A stretch of DNA of 63,997 bases, the filler included, from Pirum gemmata (Eukaryota), in NCBI GenBank assembly GCA_002812295.1. It is 16 parts of 16 records of this genome, joined end to end, with 100 filler letters (N's around TTAATTAATTAA, not from the genome) between each part and the next. Parts side by side here need not be neighbours in the genome. Positions count along the whole stretch, not along the records: positions 10,013 to 13,548 come from PDIN01002402.1; positions 13,649 to 17,217 come from PDIN01002403.1; positions 17,318 to 19,997 come from PDIN01002404.1; positions 20,098 to 23,574 come from PDIN01002405.1; positions 23,675 to 28,578 come from PDIN01002406.1; 11 more parts are not named here. One strand, written 5' to 3'. Positions 12,608 to 24,146 of this stretch are shown here, piece after piece. The stretch's first letter is position 1. Each line of letters starts with the position of its first letter. The translations under genes and the position numbers were made by a program. Under the pieces are notes generated by a model. It did not search any database and had not been told where the DNA came from. It saw nothing but the letters and a program-made list of their open reading frames with translations.

Positions 12608-13045
12608 AGACAAAGATAGACAAAGAATACAAAGTCTTTTCATTTTTTTTGTCATCATTATAAAATATACAATAAATAGTTCCAAATTAATACAATATAA
12701 CTCCATTTAATTTAATTTGGTATATTTTATTATCTATATATTAATTTAAAAGTGTCAATTTTAATATTATAACCCTCCAAATAAATGAAAAGCACAATGT
12801 ATATATATTTTTTTAAAAAAACCCAAGTTTTGTCGCTTTTTGATTGGTTATCGAAAAAATGGCCAATATTTAATGTTAGGTGATTGGGTTATTGCAGTGT
12901 GATTCCTAAAAATCTCAGTTTCTGTTTTGATAATATGTCACGTCAAGGGGTAGGTAGGTAGGTGGTATTTGACCGGAAATTAACGTCAAGGGGTAGGTAG
13001 GTAGGGGTATTTGAAGCTGTATTTGACTGGAAATTGTAATTGGCG

Positions 13046-13225
13046 TATGGTGCAAACAATTTAAAAACGCCCTACTTTTTTTACAAATTAAAAGTCACAT
13101 TTTTTTTTTTAATATGATCGAAAATTAAAAACCTATTAAATACCTATTATTTTACATATATTCGAAAAATTGAAAATTCTAGTAAACCCAAAAAGTTAGG
13201 AGTTTTTTTAAATTGTTTGTTCCAT
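13046..13225. mobile_element. MITE with ~22-bp TIR TATGG..CAAACAATTTAAAAA
   Basis: Terminal inverted repeats seen; internal sequence recurs near 55055-55150. Confidence 0.6.
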
Positions 13226-13963
13226 AGTGATAAAGATTTTCTCTTTCACTAATTTTAGTAGTAGTTTTCCTTTATAAAGAATGTCAATAGTTATACCATA
13301 TTTGGGGACCAAGATTTTTTTTTTTTTAAAAGCCTAACAAAAATTATGACATCCGCCATAGGAGCTCATTATTCCTAATAATTTCAAAATGCTACCAATT
13401 TATACAAGAAAAATGTAAGTAAAAAACTCTTTTATGAACCAATGGAGAGTTTTTAATAATAATTTGGCTAAATATAATTAAAGATTTTTAGAAAAGAAGT
13501 CCAAAAAAAAAAAAAAAGGTTTTACTTGGCTGTTAAAAAAAAAAAAAANNNNNNNNNNNNNNNNNNNNNNNNNNNNNNNNNNNNNNNNNNNNTTAATTAA
13601 TTAANNNNNNNNNNNNNNNNNNNNNNNNNNNNNNNNNNNNNNNNNNNNATAATAATAATAATAATAATAGGGTTAGGTTTTTACAAGTGATCAAAACTGA
13701 ATCATTTCTAATTTGTTAAACAAAATGAAATTTGTATTATCTTTTTATTTAGAATTCAAAGACAAAATGATTATTTATTCTGTTTTAATCCAAGAAAACG
13801 AATTTGTATTCGAATATTTATATTTTAATTAATATTTTATAATAACCATATTAAAAAAATTAACATTTTTATTTTTTATCATTTAGGGTTAGGGTTAGGG
13901 TTAGGGTTAGGGTTAGGGTTAGGGTAAAATATTCCAAAACAGCAACAGACTTAAAAAAAAAAA

Positions 13964-15635
13964 TTAACATAAAAGTCTTCCTATTATTATTTCTTGCGGT
14001 GTCCTGAAACCACAGTAATTATTGTCATTTCTGTAAGTGGCTTGAATTCTAGACACGCTTCGGATTCTTGCACATTCTTCCTTTTCAAAAATATTGTTAC
14101 CAGTAACACATTCACTAACAGCAACAGAATCTGAAGCAGAATGTTCATTAAGTAGCTTTTGAGAATAGGTTGCTTTACTCAATTCATTGCGATATATGTT
14201 AACACGTCTAACGCAATCGTGATGAGTAAAAACTCCAAATGGATATTGTCTCTTTCTGCGTCCATGACGTCCTATTTCCCAAAACACAAAATTACAAACA
14301 ACAAATCGATCATCTTCATTAAGTAGGTTTAGGGTGGTGCCCATCGGAAATTTTCTAATTTTGCCGTGTGCATAAATGAGAGATGTCAGTCTTTCAGAAA
14401 GTAATGTATTATATTCAAGGACACCGTCACCATGATACATTAATGTAAATGGTACATGAGGGTTTTGTTTAACATGATTGATGGATTTAGTTAATTGAAT
14501 TACTCCATCATTAGCATAGGCTTGATCAACTGCGTCAGCGGAAGTAAGATAGGGAATAGTATTCCCAACAATTTCACTTTCCTTGTACACTCCAAACGTA
14601 ATATAGGTGGTATTGCTGCCAACTGCAATATTGTAAGCATCGAACTCTGGGTTTCGCCATTTTACTTGATTGCTTTCTTCCTTAAGTTCCAGCTCAGCGC
14701 CATTAAGTAAACTATGTGCTTTACGACATATAGGTTTTTCTTTATTATCATAAAACATTGATTTAAGAATTTTATCAGATACTAGAGTTTGGTTTTGTTG
14801 TGGAGAATGAGCAATGATTTTATAATATGCAGAATCTTGCAGGAACTTGATGTCCAAATCTCTACTAAAATCAATAGTGTACTCGATTTTCCCCAACTGT
14901 GTATTGACACCTAAAACACCAGGTAAAATTACACTGTAGATGGCAATGTCTTGGCTATCATAATGTATTAATCGAAATACAAAAGTAGAGTCTTTATCTA
15001 GACTATCAGGAGCAGCATCAATACCAAGGAACGTTTTGTCCCAGCTCAATTCAATGATATGTTCAAAGCATGGGTTTACAGTAACATTGCTCTTACCATT
15101 TAGACTATTTGATCTATAAGAAACTCGTTGTTCAAGAAATTTATCATGTTTTACAATTAGGCCTTGTCCTAGATCCTCGATTTCTAGTTCATAACTTAAG
15201 AATGGTGCTCCGTTGTAATTACCAGCGTTGTAAAAATTATATAACTCATCATAACATTCTTTTTGAGTCATCATCCGTTTAACAACTCTAGTGTATGTAT
15301 GCCTATTGCAGCTCTGCTGGCTATCTATACATCCTAGAGTATTGGGTTCACCTTTTTTTTATAAAGAAGAATAAAATAAAATACAGTGTTAGGGCTAGAG
15401 GAAAGTAGGGTTTAGGGTTAGGGTCAGGGTTAGGGTTAGCTATAGGGGTGATGATTATGATTATGATTAGGGTTTAAATTAGGGTTAGGGTTAGGGTTAG
15501 GAAAAGAATTTACCTTGTTGGTAGTTTTCATATTTATTCCAAATTGCGGCCCGATGTTTCGTTTGAAGAGTGTCAATTCTTAGTTTACAAACTTTACCTC
15601 GACCTAATTTAAAATAATGAGATGCATAATCAGGT

Positions 15636-15679
<44 letters not shown>

Positions 15680-15684
15680 ATAGT

Positions 15685-15737
<53 letters not shown>

Positions 15738-15789
15738 NNNNNNNNNNNNNNNNNNNNNNNNNNNNNNNNNNNNNNNNNNNNNNNNNNNN

Positions 15790-15863
<74 letters not shown>

Positions 15864-17179
15864 CAATAGTAGTAGTAATAGTAGTAGTACCTAGTTTAAA
15901 AAATTGAGATGCATAATCGGGACTTTTATCCGTGTCCAAAACCTCGTCAAGGTGAGTTACTGTATAAACGATACCTTGTCCCAAGCCTTTCAGGGCCTCG
16001 AACACAGCCACGAATTGTTCAGGAACAGATTCAACAAAAGTTTTAAAAAATATTCCAACAATTTCAATAACATTTTTTCCTTCCCTGATACCATCTATCA
16101 CTGAAGATGTTATTTATCATTAAGTATATTATGGGTTAGAGTTAGGGTTAAGAAGGGTTAGTGTTAGGGTTAGTGTTAGGGTTAATGAGTTAGAGTTAGG
16201 ATTAAGAGGGGTTAGTGTTAGGGTTAGTGTTAGGGTTAGTGTTAGGGTTAGTGATTATTATTGATTTTTTAAAACAAAAATTAATATAATAAATAAAAAT
16301 GAAAATGTAAGATTTTTTTAAAAAAATTAATCAAGTGACTATTAAAATTATTAAATAATATTATTCTTCTTCTACTACTACTAGTACTATTACTACTACT
16401 AATACTACTAATACTACTAATATTACCACCACAACCAACACCAACACCAACACCAACACCACCACTTCCACTACTACTAGTACTACTAGTACTATTACTA
16501 TTGCTACCACTATTGAAATATAAATTAAATACCTGCATCTATGGCATCTACAAAAGGAAGTATGGCGAATTGAAGGGCAACGCAAAGCGGAGTAGTTATT
16601 GGAGAAGCTGTTTCAAACATAATACATCCCATTGCTAACATACTAGAAGCTGTTACACCAACAACTGCTTTAGTACATTCGTCTTTTGAATTAGCTTTAA
16701 AATATTTATTATAATAAAAAATGATAATTCCCAAATAAATAAAAAAAAAAAAGATAATAAGTAAAATAATAAAAGTAACAGTAATAGTAAAAAGTAATGC
16801 TGTAAACATTAATTATAATATACACACAATGTCATATATAATTTGAAATACATTATTTTACTTTTAAAAAGTAAAATAAAGCAATATCAAAGGAATAGAT
16901 TACAATAATATTACATTTTAAAAACAAAATAAAATGAAACGAAGCAACAAAATAAAATAAGGTAATTACTTATTTCTGAACATTCATACACAGCAACTGC
17001 AATCTGAATCGCTAAATCAATTGACATCATTGTTGTACCCCCATAAAGTAAATCAATTTTTTTGCCCATATCACTAAGACTTCTTACAGCTTTAATTTCT
17101 TTTTCTAACTCCGAATTTGTTGACAATAACGTTAAATCCTCAGTTGTTTTTATTGAATGGCTTTCTTTGCTTAAACTCT
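13964..17179 (-). CDS. 5'-truncated multi-exon gene of unknown function; exons 17179-16970, 16694-16533, 16100-15891, 15603-15514, 15351-13964
   Basis: All junctions are GT-AG and phase 1, and splicing gives one open frame of ~685 aa. The last exon contains the 436-aa ORF. Confidence 0.8.
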
Positions 17180-17375
17180 CTATAATAGTGTGAATATTAT
17201 TATTATTATTATTATTANNNNNNNNNNNNNNNNNNNNNNNNNNNNNNNNNNNNNNNNNNNNTTAATTAATTAANNNNNNNNNNNNNNNNNNNNNNNNNNN
17301 NNNNNNNNNNNNNNNNNTAGTTATAGTTATAGTTATAGTTATGGTTATGGTTATACTAAATGCAATCGTTAAATA

Positions 17376-19997
17376 TTGTTTAGGTTTTATTTGCATCGAA
17401 ATAGAAGTGGATTTACAACTAATTGCTTAGTTAGCCCCGGATCGGGTTTCTTATATTACCTGAATATGATTGACTTGTTTGGAATCCCCACATCGAAAGC
17501 AATTGAAAAAATCATGAAGACATTATGCGGTAGTTCTCATTTTCTGGAATACGTTGATAATGAAGTGGATCATAAAGTTTATTTAACTCTTGATACTTTA
17601 GGTATAAATTAATTCAATATTAAATTTTGCTTAGAATAAAAAATATAAGATTACACGGTACTTTGGTAGAGAATAGTGTCAATCCTCATTGTAAGCATGC
17701 AACAGGAATTGGTTCTTACCCTGGCTTCAAAGAGCCGATAAATGAAGGTAAAATAGCACCATCGTCTATTTTTGCGAAAGGTCATTTCAAAGAGCAATTG
17801 TCCACCACACAACCAATCATATTTGAAGGTATTACTCCAAAACCTAATAAGAAACTCCANTGATTTCTTCAATTATGATGAAGGAATACCACTATCACTG
17901 ACTTACGAAAAGCAAAGTCATTTAATGTTAACACCAGAGGAAAAGAATTGGAAAGATGTTCCTGATAAGCATTTCATAAAGTGTTTTGGTGATTTCCCAA
18001 ACATCAAGACTGACCCAATGTACGATAGTTTTTATTTGAAGTTGAAAGATCGATGTACTATTTTGACCCTATTGCAAGGGCATCCTTTGTGGCATTGGGT
18101 CCGTCGCTTTCGTATTACATCAACATTAGGTTATATTCTTTGTTCTTTTCTTCCTGAATATGATTCATTGATCAGTGAGCCAGTTAATGATTTTTGGAAT
18201 CAATTAATCACCCAGGGGCATGATGAAGAGGAAGAAACCCAGGAAGCTTTAGCAAAAGGTCTAGTAATGGAAGATGGTGAAGCTGGTTATGAACAAGATC
18301 AGGCAGCGTCTATTAACCAAGCACACACTAAAGAGGATCTTCAGAAGAAGACTACGGATGAAATCAAAACAGTCCTGTTTTCTTTGGGTTGCCGTAGTGT
18401 TGTCGTAATGTACCGAAGAATTTATCTGCTGAAAGTAAAACCAAATATATCGAAAGGATTCTGAAATACCAGAAATGCACAAACACGAACGCAAAGGCGT
18501 TCTTTTGGCATGACAATAAACGCAGAAAGGAGTTAATGCAAAAATGCTGTCACTATACAAATAGTGTGTCGAGTTTGACTACTGTCCAGATAGATGATTA
18601 TTTTTGTCGCGTTGGCGCTGATGGATGGGATGCACAGTTAGATTCCAAACAAAGGCTATGGTTAAGATTATTGAAATCATGGTTTCTAACACCGTTCAAA
18701 GATAATTCGAAACGTAATGAGGTGTTCAGAGCTGGACATGAAAATGAGCCCAAGCTTGCTGCGGCTGCTGTAAAACTTTTTAGTGCTGCTAATCGAGATA
18801 ATCAATTCGATGATCCCATTGAAATTAAATCTCTTAAGCAATGCGGGCTTATGGCTAGCAAAGACAATCCTCTCATAGCTGCTTCTAAAGATGGACTTGG
18901 GGTTTTGTTGCAATCTCTTATGTTATTTTTGTTTGTACTGGAATTCAAAACAAGAGTATTTAGTAAAACTGTTGCTAGTGAAAGAGCGATAGCGAAAAGG
19001 GTTGGTAAGTTTGTACATGTTACTCTAACGGCTGATAGTATTGATGGTAATATTGCACAATTGCAAGAGGCAATACCTAGTAAACCACATAGAATCCAAC
19101 TTCTACACCATATCGCGGTAACTAAAGTATTGAAAGGTTTAATTATATATGGAGAAGGGGATGGTGTAATAATAAGAACAGTTTTGGTTACAGTTTGTGA
19201 AAAGTTTTCGGAGAGATATCTAAAATTGTTAGGTACAATGCTTAAATCGGTTTTACCCTGGTTGTTAACAGAGGATGGTCCTAATGAAGAATTTAACAAT
19301 TTTGTTCTACCATATTTAAACGTAAAGCCACTCACGCAACTTCCGAATCTTGAAGCTTTGCATTCTGCTCATAAAATTTGTGTTTGCCTTGCACAGCATC
19401 CTGTTGATGTTGCTTACGCTTATGCTTTTAAATTTGCGTCAGTACAATACTATAATCTAACCATGGGGGGCGAAGATACTCTTTCTAAAGCTATCAGAGC
19501 TTTGTATCCACAAAAATTTGCCTCAAGTATTAGCAGTAGATTATTTCACGAATATCTTATGATGGATTTAAAAAATTGTTATATTTTACATGTGTTAGAC
19601 AAATTTACTCTGGGTGATGTACTTAGTCTTAAAACTATTGACGATTTTCGTCAAATGCGCAATCAAAAATTAATAGGGGGTTTTACATCGTACTTGTTAG
19701 GATTACGGTCGAATTTGGCAGCATTTGGAGAGTTGATTGAATCAGATTCAGAGGAGAGTGAGGGAGGTGAAGGTATCTTGGATGGTATCGTAACGGGTTT
19801 ACGAAGTCAAAAGAAGATCGCAATGAGTAAAAGTGTTTTGTTGGAGAGGCCCACTAAAGTACCTAAGAATTATAATCATACTGGGAACAAACTGGCAATA
19901 ATAGCTAAATGCACAGGGTTTCCTATACTTATTCAAGAGGCTACAGATGGAGATACAAAGTTGAGGAATGCTCAAGCTTATTGTTTCAGGTGTAACA
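17376..19997 (+). mobile_element. Decayed piggyBac-like DNA transposase with an inserted YqaJ/lambda-exonuclease domain and SAP-like motif
   Basis: piggyBac-like motifs: GF...CLVSP.SGFLY, LTLD, HGTL, YNLTMGGED (19451-19477), terminal CxxC. YqaJ motifs: Q...W...RR.RITST, GHENEP, AASKDG, LEFKTR, QLLH. Frameshifts near 17610, 17860 and 18400. Confidence 0.7.
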
Positions 19998-20097
19998 NNN
20001 NNNNNNNNNNNNNNNNNNNNNNNNNNNNNNNNNNNNNNNNNTTAATTAATTAANNNNNNNNNNNNNNNNNNNNNNNNNNNNNNNNNNNNNNNNNNNN

Positions 20098-20170
20098 TAG
20101 GGTTAGGGTTAGGGTTAGGGTTAGGATTAGGAATAAGGTTAGGGTTAGGGTTAGGATCCTCTAGGGTTAG
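20098..20170 (+). repeat. TTAGGG repeat at scaffold start
   Basis: Seen directly. Confidence 0.85.
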
Positions 20171-21038
20171 GATCAGAGGGGATCAGACTAGTCTACTAGC
20201 TAGTCTAGTAGTAGGTAAAGACTACTGGAGAGTCGAGAGTAGCTATGAGCCTGTGATAGCTAGTTTACAGCAGCGAGCTAGCACCGCCGCACCCACACTA
20301 CACAAACATTATCGATTTTTAATAATAGATATCAGGAAGGGTGACACCCCTCCAATATGACTCTGAAATTTTCATTTATAGTAAAAAATAAACTACTAAA
20401 AGTAACTTTTAAAAGTTACTACCGGTATAGTAAGACTGTTCCAAAAAAAAATATATATTTTACTATTAATGGTTTGAAATTTACATAATTAGAAAGCCGT
20501 ATATGGCTTCGGAATTAGTTTACTTATAGGACTCTTTATCATAATATAGGTGTCACTGACTCACTGTCAAGTGTCAACCCTCCTGAGTGCTGATATCTGT
20601 AACGATACTAAAACAACCAGTCATTTTTGAATATTATCAATACATCTAACACGACAAATTATTCCCCGATATGCCAATAATGCCAGCACCTAATTTATTG
20701 AATTTTATTCCCTATTTAAAAAATTGCGAGCATTGGTGGCTGGTCTCCTGTCCTGTAATTTTAATTAAGCATAGCCATGTTTTTTGAAACTTTTTTCTAT
20801 CATAATTAGCATTTTAATTATTTTTTTTGTGAAGGCGAGCACGTACTGACTGCTGACACTAATTACTTAGTAGGTAAGATGCATTTTCGAACAACAACAA
20901 CTTTTCGAACTGTCTAAGTTTGTAACAATGTGATATTGTGTAACTTTTGTGTAATGAAAAAGTTTACAAAAAAATTTATAAAAATTTAATATTTTTATTA
21001 TTATAAAATAACAAGTTTTGTACACTAGCTAGAATAAT

Positions 21039-21180
21039 GGGAGCGTTCAAATAATACGTCACGTCAAAGGGTAGGTAGGTAAGGTGGTATTTGACCGGAA
21101 ATTAAAGTCCGTCGGGGATAGGTAGGTAGGGTATTTGAAGCAGTATTTGATCGGAAATTGGTGTTACAAGGCTCGCTCCC
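21039..21180. mobile_element. MITE family C (TIR GGGAGCGTTCAAATA, internal GGTA repeats)
   Basis: Related copies near 12930-13035, 22124-22262, 22552-22673, 45097-45171 and 55185-55294. Confidence 0.75.
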
Positions 21181-21302
21181 TATAAAAAAATATATAGTCC
21201 AGTCTATTAAATTAAATCTATATATTATTTTTTTGCCCCAGTTTCTTGGGGTTCTTGCTATAACAAATTTAGCAACAAAAACAAAAATGTTATGTATGAT
21301 AA

Positions 21303-21573
21303 GGGAGCGTTCAATAATTACGTAACGCTGGGGGTAGGTAGGGGGGGTCGGATTTTTATGACAGGCCGTGACGCAGTAGGGGGGTAGGTTTTCGTAATAT
21401 GACATAACGCAAAAAAANTATAACATGAGGGGTAATTTAGGGTACTATTTTTTCCAAATCGTTACGTCATAAGGGGTAGGTAGTCCTTCTCAAACGTGAC
21501 AGGCCAGTTACACGGGGGGTAGTAGGGTAGGTTTTTGTCCCAAATCGGCGTTACGTAATTATTGAACGCTCCC
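21303..21573. mobile_element. MITE family D with 26-bp perfect TIR and TAA TSD (Zator- or PIF/Harbinger-type)
   Basis: TAA|GGGAGCGTTCAATAATTACGTAACGC ... GCGTTACGTAATTATTGAACGCTCCC|TAA; second, inverted copy near 29989-30263. Confidence 0.88.
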
Positions 21574-22284
21574 TAATTTTATCTGAATATTTTATTATAG
21601 TCTATATATAGTCTAGTAGTCTATGACATTGCATTTTTTTTTATATAGCGCAACGCTTTTCATTTATTTTGTTGCTCTGAATATTTATTTGGTTGGTTAT
21701 AATTTTTTAATTGACATTGTTAAATGAATAAATAGTTAATAAAATATACCAAATTAAATGAAATGGATTTATATTGTATTGATTTGGTACTCTTTATTGT
21801 ATGTTTTATGATATCATAATTTTTTAAAAAAAAAAATTAAAAAAAAAAGGGCTCACACTGTGAGCCACTGACTGTGAGTAGTCAGAGTCTACGTGACTGC
21901 GTCTGCAATGACTCTACAATTTCTGCATACCTCTGCATACCTATATACAACAAATTAAGTAATCAACATTTTTTTTTTCATTTTGTTAAAATATGATTTA
22001 CAATTTAACCTAAAAATTATTATTTTCAAGTTCAATGCTAAAAAAAGAGTTGCTGAAAATCAGCCAAAAAAGACATGACTCCTTTTTTTATTATTAGAGA
22101 AGTATTAGAGAAGATTAGAGAGTACTACGTAACGCCAACTTCCAAATACAGCTTCAAATAGTACAAATACCCTTACCTACTACCTACCCCTCGACGTCAA
22201 TTTCCGGTCAAATACTACCTACCTATCTACCCCTTGACGTGACGTATTATTTGAACACCCCCTTATTATGAATTTATGATAATA

Positions 22285-22469
22285 TAGCACTTTTCATTTA
22301 TTTTATCACTCCGAATATTTATTTGGTTGGTTATAATTTTTTAATTGACATTTTTAAATGAATAAATATATAATAAAATATACCAAATTAAATAAAATGG
22401 ATTTATATTGTATTAATTTGTTACTCTTTATTGTATATTTTATCATGACAAAACAACTGAAAAGCACGA
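22285..22469. mobile_element. MITE family A copy
   Basis: TAGCACTTTTCA ... TGAAAAGCACGA termini with the shared internal sequence. Confidence 0.75.
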
Positions 22470-22686
22470 TGTGATATTATTATAAATATTATATTCACTA
22501 GTACTCAATCTCACTCATGCCGTATAAAATTACAGACAAAATCCGCCATATGGGAGTGTTCAAATACTACATAACGTCACAAATACCCCTACCTACCTAC
22601 CCCTCAACGTTAATTTCTGGTCAAATAACACCTATCTACCTACCCCTTGACGTGATATATTATTTGAGCTCCCTTAGCCTCCCTAT

Positions 22687-22921
22687 AGGAGGGATGAGAT
22701 GACGTCATCTTACCAATTGGATGCTCGGACCGGCGAACTTCCAGAAAATTGCCTAAAGTTACTATAAATAGTATAATAAACTCTTTTTAAAGTAACTACT
22801 TAAATAAGTAGCTACTAAATAAATAATTACAAATACAAAATATGGTAAGGCGAAACAGGCGAACAACATTTACTTTGTGCCTCGGTCAAAAAAGTTCGCC
22901 ATAAGAGTTCTCACCCCTCCT
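22687..22921. mobile_element. MITE family B copy
   Basis: AGGAGGGATGAGA...TCTCACCCCTCCT flanked by direct repeat CTCCCTAT. Confidence 0.85.
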
Positions 22922-24146
22922 CTCCCTATAGACTATTATTAGCTCAAAGTATAGAAAACTCTCTTAGAGAAAACTCTTATTATGGGCAGTTTTTAATAAT
23001 AATTTGGCTAGTTAGAATTGAAGGTTTTTAGAAAAGAAATCTAAAAAATGATTTCTGCAGTTTTATCTGGCAGGATAAAAAAAGCTAGATAAAAAAAAGT
23101 ACTAGAAAGAAAAGTAAGGATTTTTGACTCTACACTAATAATGATAGTCTATGTAGAATATTATATAAAAAAAGACAGGAAAAAAGAAAAAGAAAAAAGA
23201 AAAAAGAAAGAACGTTATGTCATAATAATTTTTTATGATATATAATATTTTTTTTTAAAATATCATATTTAATATTTAATCATAGACTATCTGATATGAT
23301 ATAATAATATTATTATATTATAATAATATGAATCATATGATTTTTTAAATGATGCTGCTAGAATACTGGTGTATAAATATAATATATAGACTATATATAG
23401 TTATAAATTACTCTATGAGATTAAATTATTTATAAATAATTTTTTTATTTTTTTATTTTTTAATTTTTGTCTTTCATATATTTTATTATTATTAGTAAAA
23501 AATAATTTCTATAAAATAGTCTGTTACTAGTAGCAGTAGCATTAGAATCGATAGTAGTAGTAGTAGTAGTAGTANNNNNNNNNNNNNNNNNNNNNNNNNN
23601 NNNNNNNNNNNNNNNNNNTTAATTAATTAANNNNNNNNNNNNNNNNNNNNNNNNNNNNNNNNNNNNNNNNNNNNTTGTGGTTGTGGTTGTGGTTGTGGTT
23701 GTGGTTGTGCTACTGTTAATACAAATAATTACTCATTATTATATATTTATTATTATTTGATTTTATTGTTAATAATAATAATAATAATAATAATATATTA
23801 TATTATAATTTAATACCAACAACAACTAACAGTATTACAATAACAATATAATAATAATAATAATTGCAAATAGATATATATAATATTGTATTATAACAAT
23901 TATGTTGTTGTTGTTATAATTGATTATAGTTATAACAACAACAATATTAAAACAGAAATAGATAACAATGTAATAATAATGTTGTTATTGTTGTAACTGA
24001 TAATACACAATTATAATTAACTCTTATATATTATATATCTATTTGTTGTTATTGTTGTAACTGATAATACACAATTATAATTAACTCTATATATTATATA
24101 ATATTAATTTTATTAATAATAATAACAATAAATATTGTTTAATCAA

